DNA of 64,000 bases, taken from NCBI GenBank assembly GCA_040377605.1, contig JBEIOK010000001.1, positions 11,540 through 75,539 of the forward strand, read 5' to 3'. Positions within the stretch are counted from its first letter, which is position 1; every line of letters begins with the position of its first letter. Source of the stretch: Nevskiaceae bacterium (GTDB lineage Bacteria; Pseudomonadota; Gammaproteobacteria; Nevskiales; Nevskiaceae). Positions 35,857 through 45,228 of this stretch are shown piece by piece. A program made the translations under genes and the position numbers. A model generated the notes under the pieces. That model saw only the letters and a program-made list of their open reading frames with translations, did no database searches and was not told the DNA's origin.

Positions 35857-36726
35857 TCAGGAGCGAGTGAATCCGTAAAGTTCGCAGTCCGTCCCGAACG
35901 GGGTCGGCCCCTGGGCCGATCCGGCCAGCGGACAGAACCATAGTGCCAATGCCTGTCCATCGCGGGACATCACAGCGCCCCCCTGAATGAACTGCGAGTC
36001 GGTGCGCCAGACACCCGGCGCAGCGAATTCGGGGAAACTCAGGTCGATGAAAAGCCGCGTCTGAATGTTGCAGGCCTGTGCCGCGCACACCATCGTATGC
36101 AGCTGCTGATAGCCGGTCTTGTTGTTGAGGTCATACACCACGCGCTTGCCGCTCCAGCTGCCGTTAATGTCGCTGCCTCCCCTCGTCGGCGCAGTGCCAT
36201 TGCTGCAGGTGCCGCTGGGCGGAATGCCGTCGTCCCGCACTGTGGCGCTGACCGTATTGGAGACCAGACCAACGGGGCTGACGATCCCCGGCAGGATCAC
36301 CGATTCAAAGCCTGCATACCGTCCGCCACTCAGGCCCACCACGGCCTCCACGGAGCGCCCACCCGTCGTGCCCGCATCCTCATCGACCGCAAAAGCCCCG
36401 TCACCCATCCGCACCAGGCACAGGGTTGTCCCTTGTGCGCCGGCACACCACTTGTCCTCGGTCTCCAACGAAACGCTACCGCCCAGGGTCCGCACCTCTT
36501 GCGTCGCATCAGCACGCGAGGTGCTGTCCGTGTAGCCGCAGTCCTGATACGCGCGCGCTGCGGTGTTGACCCCCTCGCCTGCAATCGAGCGGCTCCCACC
36601 GCCGTAGATTGCGAAGAAATCTGCAAACAGGGCATCGGCGGGGGACGAATCGCCACCACCGCCACCCCCGCAGGCCGTCAGCAACAGCAAGCCGGCAAAC
36701 GAACAGCAGATGCGCAAACGGTTCAT
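35857..36726 (-). CDS. Hypothetical lipoprotein
   Basis: Lipobox LLLLTAC followed by GGGGGG; multiple Cys. Confidence 0.75.
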   Translation of the reverse strand: MNRLRICCSFAGLLLLTACGGGGGGDSSPADALFADFFAIYGGGSRSIAGEGVNTAARAYQDCGYTDSTSRADATQEVRTLGGSVSLETEDKWCAGAQGTTLCLVRMGDGAFAVDEDAGTTGGRSVEAVVGLSGGRYAGFESVILPGIVSPVGLVSNTVSATVRDDGIPPSGTCSNGTAPTRGGSDINGSWSGKRVVYDLNNKTGYQQLHTMVCAAQACNIQTRLFIDLSFPEFAAPGVWRTDSQFIQGGAVMSRDGQALALWFCPLAGSAQGPTPFGTDCELYGFTRS

Positions 36727-36924
36727 GGGATCAGGATCGGCGTGGTGTCTCCTTACATAGACGCATGTCCCCGTCGAAACCCGAAGCCGCCGCCCGGAAA
36801 GGCTGGCAAAGTGTACCGGTCCGGCGAACCCTGCCGGAGCAGGCACCACGAAATGGGGATCCTTCAACCATACCCCGTCCATGGCTTTGCACTTAGGCTA
36901 GCCCCCTGAATCGACGAGTGAACC

Positions 36925-37320
36925 ATGACGCGCTTCCAATCTCTGTTGACGCTGTTTCTCGCCGGCACGGCTTTCGGCAACGGCCTGCTGATCGTGCTGT
37001 TTCCGGAGCAGTGGTATTGGTGCATCGCCAACCCGGCGCGGGCGGCGCTGTACAACGCGCATTTCGTGACGGACGTGGGGACGGCGTATCTGACGATCGG
37101 TGCCGCGCTGGCCTGGGCGGCCGCGCGGCCCGCATTTGCGTATCCACTGGTGACGATCGCGGCGCTGTTCTCCAGCTTGCATGCGCTGCATCACGTGTAT
37201 GAGTACCTCACCTTCGGCAATCCAACGCGGTTCGTGGTGATCGAGCTGTTCGGCATCTGGGCGCCCGCAGCAGCCATGCTGTGGCTTGCGTATGCGTACC
37301 GTCCAAGGGCCACGGCATGA
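36925..37320 (+). CDS. Four-TM membrane protein of unknown function
   Basis: Four hydrophobic segments, YNAHFVTDVG, LHALHH. Confidence 0.75.
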   Translation: MTRFQSLLTLFLAGTAFGNGLLIVLFPEQWYWCIANPARAALYNAHFVTDVGTAYLTIGAALAWAAARPAFAYPLVTIAALFSSLHALHHVYEYLTFGNPTRFVVIELFGIWAPAAAMLWLAYAYRPRATA

Positions 37321-37483
37321 TTCAGAGTGGGTTCAGTGACCGATGGGCATTGTGCACTCGCCATCGCTCACCCGCCGCATGATCGTTCTTGCCCGAGACG
37401 CATCAGGCCGCTGGCGATCAATGGCCGCGCATCCACAGATTTCACAGAGAGATCGCGCGCTTCGCCACCCCTGGAGAACCTCA

Positions 37484-38026
37484 ATGAGCAAGTCTGGAAA
37501 AGCCCTTTTTGCCGCTACCCTGCTGCTGCCGTTATCCGCATTTGCACACAACTACACCTACCTGGAAGGCGGGTATCTGCACCGCGACTATGGTCCGGAA
37601 GATGACAGCGGCTTTCGCATTGGCGGCTCCGGCAGCGTTCATGACAACGTCGCATTGATCGGCGAATACACGAACGTCGGCGACCTCGACACGATCTCGG
37701 CCGGTGCGCTGTTCCACACCCCGCTGACCAACGAGATCGATCTGAACCTCGGCGCCACTTACGAGCATGTGGACGCCGGCCCGTGGGACGATTCCGGCTA
37801 CGGCCTGCGCGGCGGTGTCCGCTGGCAGTTGATCGAACGATTTGAACTGAATCCGGAAGTCCGCTACGTCGACATCGGACCAGGCAACGACACCTCCCTG
37901 CGTCTGGCCGGGCTGTTCGCGGTGACGCCGGAACTGGAGCTGCAGGCCGCGCTGCAGGGCGGTGACGACGACCGCGTCGAAATCGGTGCGCGCTACAACT
38001 TCGGCCCGCGCATCACGGGCAAGTAA
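37484..38026 (+). CDS. Outer membrane beta-barrel protein
   Basis: Signal peptide, YTYLEGGY, alternating beta-strand pattern, GARYNF near the C-terminus. Confidence 0.85.
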   Translation: MSKSGKALFAATLLLPLSAFAHNYTYLEGGYLHRDYGPEDDSGFRIGGSGSVHDNVALIGEYTNVGDLDTISAGALFHTPLTNEIDLNLGATYEHVDAGPWDDSGYGLRGGVRWQLIERFELNPEVRYVDIGPGNDTSLRLAGLFAVTPELELQAALQGGDDDRVEIGARYNFGPRITGK

Positions 38027-38045
38027 GCAGCACCCTGCAACACCG

Positions 38046-38073
38046 GAAAGGCGCCGCAAGGCGCCTTTCTTCC
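38046..38073 (+). terminator. Intrinsic terminator
   Basis: GAAAGGCGCC-GCAA-GGCGCCTTTC followed by TTTC. Confidence 0.75.
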
Positions 38074-38137
38074 ATCTGGCCGCTGGATTCCATCCCGCAT
38101 GGCCACCACAATGCGCGCTCATCCTCGGAGCACGCGC

Positions 38138-38782
38138 ATGTCCCAGCAGGCAGGCATCGGCGGTTGGTACGACCGGCACATCATGCCCCGACTCGTCGGC
38201 GGGCTCTGCGGCCTGCCGGCGGTGACGCGGCACCGCCAGCGGGTGCTGCCGCAGGCCCATGGCCGCGTGCTGGAACTGGGCATCGGCCCCGGTCACAACC
38301 TTGCACTGTACGACCGCAGCAAGGTCGAGCGCGTGTTCGGGGTGGATCCGGTGCCAGAGATGACGGCACTGGCGGCAGGCGCCATCGAGCGCTGCGGCTT
38401 TCCAGTGGACATGATCCAGGCCGGCGCGGAGGACATCCCGCTGGGCGCGGCGGAGGCCGATTGCGCCGTGCTGACCTATACCGCCTGCACGTTGCCGGAC
38501 GTGCCGCGCGCGCTGGCCGAGATCCGTCGGGTGCTCAAGCCGGGCGGCACCGTCCTGTTCTGCGAGCACGGTGCGTCCTGCGATGAGTCCGTGTGCAACC
38601 TGCAGAATCGGTTTGACACGACGTGGTCCAAGCTCGCCGGGGGGTGCCATCTGAATCGCAACATCCAGCAGGAGTTGGAAGCAGCGGGTTTCACAGTGGA
38701 GTTGAGTTACGCAGGCTATACCCCGTGGACGCCGAAGATGCTGGGGTATACGCGCGCAGGATCGGCGCGAGCGAGAAGCTGA
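38138..38782 (+). CDS. Class I SAM-dependent methyltransferase
   Basis: VLELGIGPG, EIRRVLKPGG, FCEHG, GGCHLNR. Confidence 0.9.
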   Translation: MSQQAGIGGWYDRHIMPRLVGGLCGLPAVTRHRQRVLPQAHGRVLELGIGPGHNLALYDRSKVERVFGVDPVPEMTALAAGAIERCGFPVDMIQAGAEDIPLGAAEADCAVLTYTACTLPDVPRALAEIRRVLKPGGTVLFCEHGASCDESVCNLQNRFDTTWSKLAGGCHLNRNIQQELEAAGFTVELSYAGYTPWTPKMLGYTRAGSARARS

Positions 38783-38793
38783 AATCCTGCGAT

Positions 38794-38906
38794 TCCCTCT
38801 CCCCCGAATCGGGGGAGAGGGTCAGGGTGAGGGGGCGTCCGCTCTCCGCACTGCTCGATCTGACAGCCCCTCACCCCAGCCCTCTCCCCTCGCGAGGGGA
38901 GAGGGA
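38794..38906. repeat. REP-like palindromic element (CCCTCTCCC...GGGAGAGGG type), two inverted units
   Basis: TCCCTCTCCCCCGAATCGGGGGAGAGGGTCAGGGTGAGGGG and CCCCTCACCCCAGCCCTCTCCCCTCGCGAGGGGAGAGGGA between convergent genes. Confidence 0.8.
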
Positions 38907-38916
38907 GGATGCGACA

Positions 38917-40734
38917 TCACTCGAAAACAAAGCTCTCGATCGGCAACTTGGTCAGCGACTTGCTCGGCTTGACCATCGAGGCCGCGTGGCCCTTGGCGCG
39001 TGGCAGCAGGTGGTCGAAGTAGAACTTGGCGGTCGCGATCTTCGCCTTGTAGAACTCCGGCTTCTCGTCGCCGCCCTGTGCCAGCTTCTTGCTCGCCACC
39101 GCGGCCTGCACCGCCCAGAAGTAGGCCATCATCACGTAGCCTGAGTACATCAGGAAGTGATGGCTGGCGGCACTGACCACTTCACGATCCTTGCGCGCCA
39201 TCAGCATCACGCGCATCGTCAGCACGTTCCACTCGGCGGCGTACTTGGCCAGCGCCGTGGAATAGCTGCGCAGCTTGGCGTTGCCCATGTGCTCCATCGC
39301 GAACTTGGCGATCTGGCCGGTGAACTCGCGCACGACCTTGCCGCGCGTACCGAGCAGCACCTTGCGGCCCAGCAGGTCCAGCGCCTGGATACCGGTGGTG
39401 CCTTCATAGAGCGTGCTGATACGCGCGTCACGCGCGATCTGCTCCATGCCGTGCTCCTTGATGTAGCCATGGCCACCGAACACCTGCACGCCGAGGTTGG
39501 CCGACTCCAGCCCCAACTCGGTGAGGAAGCCCTTGAGGATCGGCGTGAAGAAGCCGAGCTTGTCGTCCCAGTACTTGTACTTCTTGTCGTCGTTTTCGAG
39601 GATGCCGTTGACCATGTGGTCGGCATATTGCGCCGCGAAGTAGATCATCGCGCGACCACCTTCGGCGACAGCCTTCTGCGTCAGCAGCATGCGGCGCACG
39701 TCTGCGTGATGAATGATCGAGTCGGCGACCTTGTCCGGCTCCTGCTTGCCGCGCAGCGCCCGCATCGAGCGACGGTCCTTGGCATAACGCAATGCGCCCT
39801 GGAACGAGAGCTCCGCATGACACACGCCCTGCAGCGCGGTGCCGATGCGCGCCGTGTTCATGAACGTGAACATCGCCTCCAGACCCTTGTTGGGCTCGCC
39901 GATCATGTAGCCGGTGGCGCCATCGAAGTTGAGCACGGCGGTGGCGCTGGCCTTGATGCCCATCTTGTGTTCGATGGAGGCGCAATTGACCGGGTTGCGC
40001 TCGCCCAGCGAGCCATCGGCGTTGACCAGTACCTTGGGCACGATGAACAGCGAAATGCCGCGCGTACCCGAAGGAGCATCCGGCAGGCGCGCGAGCACGA
40101 TATGGATGATGTTCTCGGTGAGGTCGTGCTCACCGGCGGAGATGAAGATCTTGGTGCCCGTCAGCTTGTGCGTGCCGTCAGCCTGCGGCTCGGCCTTGGT
40201 CTTGATCTGGCCCAGGTCGGTGCCGCACTGCGGCTCCGTGAGGCACATGGTACCGGTCCAGCGGCCCTCGACCAGCGGCGGCATGTACAGCGCCTTCTGC
40301 TCCGGCGTGGCGTACTGCATCACCGTGTTCATCGCGCCCAGGCTCAGGCCGGGGTACATCGTGAACGACCAGTTGGCCGTGCCCATCATTTCCGACTTGA
40401 ACAGGCCCATCGACATGGGCATGCCCTGGCCGCCGAATTCCTGCGGGTGCGACAGCCCCTGCCAGCCGCCCGCCACGTACTGCGCATAGGCTTCCTTGAA
40501 GCCCTTGGGCGTGGTGACCGCGCCGTTGCTGAGCTTGCAGCCCTCTTCATCGCCGGACAGATTGATCGGCGAGAGCACCTCCTCACAAAACTTGGCGCAT
40601 TCCTCAAGAATCGCGCCGACGGTCTCCGGATCCGCATCCTTGCCGTTGATCAGACCGGCATAGTGCGAGGGGTAATCGAAGACTTCGTTGATCAGAAAAC
40701 GGGTGTCGCGCAGGGGGGCTTTGTACGCCGGCAT
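38917..40734 (-). CDS. Acyl-CoA dehydrogenase (long FadE-like type)
   Basis: YKAPLRD, TMCLTEPQCGTDL, GTKIFIS, EHKMGI, QVFGGHGY, YEGTTGIQALDL. Confidence 0.93.
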   Translation of the reverse strand: MPAYKAPLRDTRFLINEVFDYPSHYAGLINGKDADPETVGAILEECAKFCEEVLSPINLSGDEEGCKLSNGAVTTPKGFKEAYAQYVAGGWQGLSHPQEFGGQGMPMSMGLFKSEMMGTANWSFTMYPGLSLGAMNTVMQYATPEQKALYMPPLVEGRWTGTMCLTEPQCGTDLGQIKTKAEPQADGTHKLTGTKIFISAGEHDLTENIIHIVLARLPDAPSGTRGISLFIVPKVLVNADGSLGERNPVNCASIEHKMGIKASATAVLNFDGATGYMIGEPNKGLEAMFTFMNTARIGTALQGVCHAELSFQGALRYAKDRRSMRALRGKQEPDKVADSIIHHADVRRMLLTQKAVAEGGRAMIYFAAQYADHMVNGILENDDKKYKYWDDKLGFFTPILKGFLTELGLESANLGVQVFGGHGYIKEHGMEQIARDARISTLYEGTTGIQALDLLGRKVLLGTRGKVVREFTGQIAKFAMEHMGNAKLRSYSTALAKYAAEWNVLTMRVMLMARKDREVVSAASHHFLMYSGYVMMAYFWAVQAAVASKKLAQGGDEKPEFYKAKIATAKFYFDHLLPRAKGHAASMVKPSKSLTKLPIESFVFE

Positions 40735-40876
40735 GGGGCAATTCCTGTGGGATGAACCAAGACGGGGCGGATTCTGCGCCTTTGACTGTCGCTGCGGCAT
40801 TGGCCCAAATCGGACACCGGGTGCGTCTGTGCGGTGAATCCAGGCTAATCAAGCGCTTGCGCCTGTTCAGCCACAG

Positions 40877-40894
40877 CTGACAGACGCCTGTCAG
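40877..40894. promoter_or_regulatory. Perfect palindrome CTGACAG-ACGC-CTGTCAG upstream of the VOC gene
   Basis: 7-bp inverted repeat 46 nt before ATG 40941. Confidence 0.55.
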
Positions 40895-40940
40895 TAGCCT
40901 ACCTCTACCGTATCAGCACGCCCCACGGCCGGAGCCTCGC

Positions 40941-41348
40941 ATGTCCATCGAAAACCCCAGCATCCTGTCCCATGTTTCCGTCGGCACCCGCGATTTCATG
41001 CGTGCGACCGCCTTCTATGACGCGGTCCTTGGCGCATTGGGCATCCGCCGTGTGCTCGAACATGCGGGCGCCGTCGCCTACGGCAGGGCCTATCCGGAAT
41101 TCTGGGTGCAGACCCCGATCGACGGCCACCCGGCCAGCGTGGGCAACGGCACGCATTTCGGGTTTGTGGCGGCCAGCCGCGACCAGGTCCATGCCTTCTG
41201 GCAGGCCGCCATTGCCGCTGGCGCCACGCCGGACGGGGCGCCCGGCCCGCGTCCGCACTACGGCGAACCTTATTACGGCTGCTTTGTCCGCGATCTGGAC
41301 GGCCACAAGATCGAGGCCGCGTTCTGGGAGGTGTCGATGGCCGGTTGA
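40941..41348 (+). CDS. VOC / glyoxalase family protein
   Basis: LSHVSVG, GNGTHFGF, YYGCFVRDLDGHKIEA. Confidence 0.9.
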   Translation: MSIENPSILSHVSVGTRDFMRATAFYDAVLGALGIRRVLEHAGAVAYGRAYPEFWVQTPIDGHPASVGNGTHFGFVAASRDQVHAFWQAAIAAGATPDGAPGPRPHYGEPYYGCFVRDLDGHKIEAAFWEVSMAG

Positions 41349-41405
41349 GGGGCTTCGGGGAATCCGTGCGATCCGGCTCGCCGTGTCGACAGCGACCGCT
41401 GCCGA

Positions 41406-41876
41406 TCAGCGCTTCTTGCGCGGCTTCCAGAAACTGATGCGCGGAATGCCGTCGGCAATGTCTTCCGCGTGACCGGCCAGCTCGTTCACGTGCATCGCCA
41501 CGCGAAAGATCGCGATGCACAATTCCAGTGCAACGCGCGTCAGCGTGACCAGTACCACGAAGGCAATCGGGCCGATCAGCAGCAGACGCACCAGCCCCAG
41601 CAGCACGGATTGCGCAAAACCTTCGATCGAATACGCGATCACCGCCCCCGCGCTGGCCAGAATCCCCAGCAGATAGAGGGTCGGCAGCATGCGCGGCGTC
41701 AACAACTGCCGGAACTCCAGATCCATCAGGCTCATCAGGAATTCGCGCAGCGCACGCAGGCGATGACTGACGGACGCCTCCATCCGGCTGAACCGCGATT
41801 CGCCGTCGACCGCGTCAGCGTCATCTGCGTCGGAGGAGCGAGGGCGGTTGGAAAACGGCATGCGGAGCGTCGTCAT
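41406..41876 (-). CDS. DUF4282-like membrane protein
   Basis: DLEFRQLLTPRMLPTLY, two TM segments, RVALELCIAIFR; start uncertain. Confidence 0.75.
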   Translation of the reverse strand: MTTLRMPFSNRPRSSDADDADAVDGESRFSRMEASVSHRLRALREFLMSLMDLEFRQLLTPRMLPTLYLLGILASAGAVIAYSIEGFAQSVLLGLVRLLLIGPIAFVVLVTLTRVALELCIAIFRVAMHVNELAGHAEDIADGIPRISFWKPRKKR

Positions 41877-41937
41877 GCGCCTATGATGGCGTGCGCGATG
41901 ACTTGCCGCCAGAAGTCGAGGCGGTTTCACGAACTTG

Positions 41938-42099
41938 TCATGCCCTGAAACGCATCACGGCGCTCAGGCATCCGGCCAATTCGATGCCGCTGCCGAGGAC
42001 GGCAGGATCGGACGGAAAGGCCGCGCCCGTCTCGCCCTCCGACAACGAGTCGGCGCCGATGCGGCGCCCCCACAGCCGCACTTCAGCGACGCTGATCAC
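41938..42099 (-). pseudogene. Degenerate HipA toxin N-terminal fragment
   Basis: VISVAEVRLWGRRIGADSLSEGETGAAFPSDPAVLGSGIELA resembles the HipA N-domain start (AEVxLWGRxIGAV...AxFxYDPxF..SGIE); no kinase domain follows. Confidence 0.55.
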
Positions 42100-42120
42100 G
42101 CCGGTCTGTCCGGGATGGCC

Positions 42121-42151
42121 AAAAAAAGACCGGGCGCCCTGCGGCGCCCGG
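42121..42151 (-). terminator. Intrinsic terminator
   Basis: Minus strand reads CCGGGCGCC-GCAG-GGCGCCCGG-TC followed by T7. Confidence 0.8.
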
Positions 42152-42175
42152 CCTCTCCCCGCCCCACGACCGGTT

Positions 42176-45115
42176 TCAGCGACCGAACAGACCGCCCCCA
42201 CCGGCGCAGGCATCGGCGCCGGCGTAGGTGTTGTCGACCACCGTGTTGATCCACTGCTCGACCAAGGCCACCGCCTCGTCATGCGTCACGCTGCGCGCGA
42301 TCGGCGGCATGCGCGCGGTCACGTCATTGGTTCCCATGCGGAACGGAATCACCGAGTTGTCGGCGTTGGCCGGGTGGATGTCGAAGTCACGCCCGCCCGT
42401 GCCCGTGCCGCCCGCCGCCGTCACGCCCTTGCAGATGCCGTAGCTGGTATCGACCTTGCGCAGCGAATCGAGATACAGGCCGGTATTGGACGCCGCGCCC
42501 CGCGGGTTGTGGCAGTGCTGGCAGTTGATTTCCAGATAGGCCCGCACGCGCGCCTCGACATCTTCCTTGGAGTTGGCGGCCTTGCCGGAGTCGCCCGGCT
42601 TGTTGTAGATCGGCACGCGCTCCAGTTTCGTGGCAATCAGCGTCGTCGGATCCACGCCCAGATCGGTGGGGCAGCCCGTCATCAGGCCGTTCCGGCACCA
42701 GTAGTCGATCTGATTGGCGCCTGAGACCGGATGCAAGGCCTGACCGCTGGGCAGATTCGAGTCGGCGTGATACGGCCGATTCAGGTGACGCACCTTGGGA
42801 CCAATCGGCGCCGAGCCGGGCTCGGCATCGTCGTTGGCGTGGCAGGTGATGCACTGGTTGGCATGCGGGATCTGGTAGTTCGTCGTGGCACCCTTGTGCT
42901 GCACGCCGCTGTCGACGTCGTGGAAGTCCCAGGATGCTGCGGTCTGACCGCCGCCCAGTGACAGACGCGCAACGCGCTTGCCGTCGGCACCGGTCTCCCA
43001 GATGTAAGGCAGACCGTCCCAGCGCACCTGGCCATTGCTGCCGCGACGCTTGATTAGCAGGCGCGTTTCCTTGGCCAGCTCGGTGCCGGCGACTTCGTCG
43101 GTGAACGCGAAGGTCTTGGCGATCACGGTGCCGACCGGGAACTGGATGGCTGCGTTGGGACCATCGACCGCCGCCGACTTGTAGATCGCCTTTTCACCCG
43201 GCGGCAGGAACACGACGCGGTACTTGGCCGCATAGTCCGTGAACAGCTTGGAGTTCAGCGTGTACGGCACGCCGCTGCCGTTGGGCATGCTGCGCGGATC
43301 CTGGTCGTCCGCGAACAGGTGGTACTGGTCCAGACGCGGGCAGTTGACTCCCAGCGCAGCATTGTTGATGGCATTGCCGCGCGGCGCGGCATCGCACAGG
43401 CGCGCAATCTCGGCCTCGGTCGGCGCCGGCGAGGCGTTGCCGCTGGGCGTAAACGGCGGGATCACAACCGGGGCCAGCGGTTCGAGCTGCTTGCCGAAAC
43501 GCGCCTGGCAGTCATGCGCCTCGATATTCTTCTTTGCGACCAGACCCGGCAGGCCGCGCACGACGGCAATCAACGCATCGCCGCTCAGATTGCCCAGCGC
43601 GTCCAGAACCTCCAGGCCCTGCTGGCCGTTGAAGTTCAGGTACGGCGTGCTGTCTGCCGAGAAGTCGTTGTCGTGGATGCACATGAACCACTCGGGCACG
43701 ATGCGCTCGCCTTCGGCGTCAAACTTGTAGGCGTTGTAGTGACAATCCGGGTTCGGATGCTCGTTGGTGTGCTTCGGCTTGCCGCTCGGCCATTGGGGTA
43801 CCGGCGCGCCGTTCTGATCCACCGGATACGGGCAGCCTTCGTCACGCTCGTCGAGCAAGCCATCCCAGGCGATGTGCGCGCCCTGGTAGAGCCCGGGCGC
43901 ACCGCCCAGCAGGCCCGCCACATTCTTGATGCCGATGAGCATCGGCAGCGCGGAGGCGACATCGCTGCCCCCGCTGCCGATGATCTTGGCCAGGTCCGGC
44001 GGCGGCAGACGGCTGCCGTTGTTGCGGAAGACGTTGTTGTGGATGTGGATGCCTTCGGTGTAGCCATCGATCTTCTTGTCGGCCAGGCCCGGATCGACCA
44101 GCTTGTAGCTCGTGACGATCATGCCGGCGGTATCGTTGTTGCTGAACTCGTTGTTGAAGGCTTCGATCTTGTCGTAAGCGAGCGTGATGAACCCCGAGCC
44201 GCGCGGCACGTTGCCGACGAAGCCGCCGGAGTTGAAGTTGTACGAATTGTTGTTGCGCGAGATGTTGTTGAACATGCGCGAGCGCTCGCCGTACTGCGTC
44301 AGCGCATCCAGGTCATAGATCAGGAAGCCGCCGGTATTGCACTCGGCCAGGTTGCTGTCGTACTCGCCGCCCTGCACGTTCTCGATCTCGAAGCCCATCA
44401 CGTTGTAGGCCGCGCGGCTGCGCCTGATGATCGCGTTGTTAGTCTGGCCCACGTAGATGCCCGCATCGGAGGCACCGACCGATTCGGTCTCGTCGACCAG
44501 GATGTTGTCCGATTCCACCGGATAGATGCCGTAGCGGCCGGTGCGGCGGCTCGGCGTGTAATCCGGCGACGGCGCTCCCTCGAATCGCGGCGGGTTGGTG
44601 CAGGCGACATTGAGCTTCTGGGGGAAGTTCTCGGCGGTGATCGTGTCCTCGTTCGGCATCAGGCGGGCACCGGACCAGATGGTGCGCACGCGCCGCAGCG
44701 TGCCGTGATCCACGCCCTTGAGCTTGATCGCGTCGCCTGGCGAATCGAGTACGGTCAGTTCCTCGACGAGCAGGCCGCGCACATTGATCGCCAGCAGGCC
44801 TTCCGGGCTCTCGCTCCCGCGGAACGACAGCACCGTCTTGTCCTTGCCGCAGCCGCGCACCGTGATCTGCTCGGTGTTCTGCAGCAGCAGGCCGGAGCTC
44901 AGGTCGAAGAAGCCGCAGCCGAACTGGATGACGTCTTTCGGAGCGACGCTGACGCTGGCCGCGATCATGTCGCGCGTGGCATTCGGGCCCGGTTCGATCG
45001 TGAAGGTCCGACCTTCTGCCTTGGCGCCACCGCCGCCGAGGTTGGAGCTGCTGCCGCAGGCAACCAGCAGACCGGAGGTCAACATCACGGCGAGCAGCGA
45101 TCGGAATTTGAGCAT
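42176..45115 (-). CDS. Lipoprotein: parallel beta-helix domain fused to an SO2930-like diheme c-type cytochrome
   Basis: Lipobox LLVAC; YGIYPV, GASDAGIYVGQ, GFEIEN; LFTDYAAKYR, FPVGTVIAKTF, CITCH, CQHCH, RMPPIAR. Confidence 0.85.
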   Translation of the reverse strand: MLKFRSLLAVMLTSGLLVACGSSSNLGGGGAKAEGRTFTIEPGPNATRDMIAASVSVAPKDVIQFGCGFFDLSSGLLLQNTEQITVRGCGKDKTVLSFRGSESPEGLLAINVRGLLVEELTVLDSPGDAIKLKGVDHGTLRRVRTIWSGARLMPNEDTITAENFPQKLNVACTNPPRFEGAPSPDYTPSRRTGRYGIYPVESDNILVDETESVGASDAGIYVGQTNNAIIRRSRAAYNVMGFEIENVQGGEYDSNLAECNTGGFLIYDLDALTQYGERSRMFNNISRNNNSYNFNSGGFVGNVPRGSGFITLAYDKIEAFNNEFSNNDTAGMIVTSYKLVDPGLADKKIDGYTEGIHIHNNVFRNNGSRLPPPDLAKIIGSGGSDVASALPMLIGIKNVAGLLGGAPGLYQGAHIAWDGLLDERDEGCPYPVDQNGAPVPQWPSGKPKHTNEHPNPDCHYNAYKFDAEGERIVPEWFMCIHDNDFSADSTPYLNFNGQQGLEVLDALGNLSGDALIAVVRGLPGLVAKKNIEAHDCQARFGKQLEPLAPVVIPPFTPSGNASPAPTEAEIARLCDAAPRGNAINNAALGVNCPRLDQYHLFADDQDPRSMPNGSGVPYTLNSKLFTDYAAKYRVVFLPPGEKAIYKSAAVDGPNAAIQFPVGTVIAKTFAFTDEVAGTELAKETRLLIKRRGSNGQVRWDGLPYIWETGADGKRVARLSLGGGQTAASWDFHDVDSGVQHKGATTNYQIPHANQCITCHANDDAEPGSAPIGPKVRHLNRPYHADSNLPSGQALHPVSGANQIDYWCRNGLMTGCPTDLGVDPTTLIATKLERVPIYNKPGDSGKAANSKEDVEARVRAYLEINCQHCHNPRGAASNTGLYLDSLRKVDTSYGICKGVTAAGGTGTGGRDFDIHPANADNSVIPFRMGTNDVTARMPPIARSVTHDEAVALVEQWINTVVDNTYAGADACAGGGGLFGR

Positions 45116-45228
45116 GGGAAATGACCTTGGACTGCGCGCGGGGGCCGCGCGACCTGGGGAAATGATGATGACCGAGACGTTACAACGCCATCTCGCGGGA
45201 CCGCATTGGTAAATCGCGCCTAAGCCCG

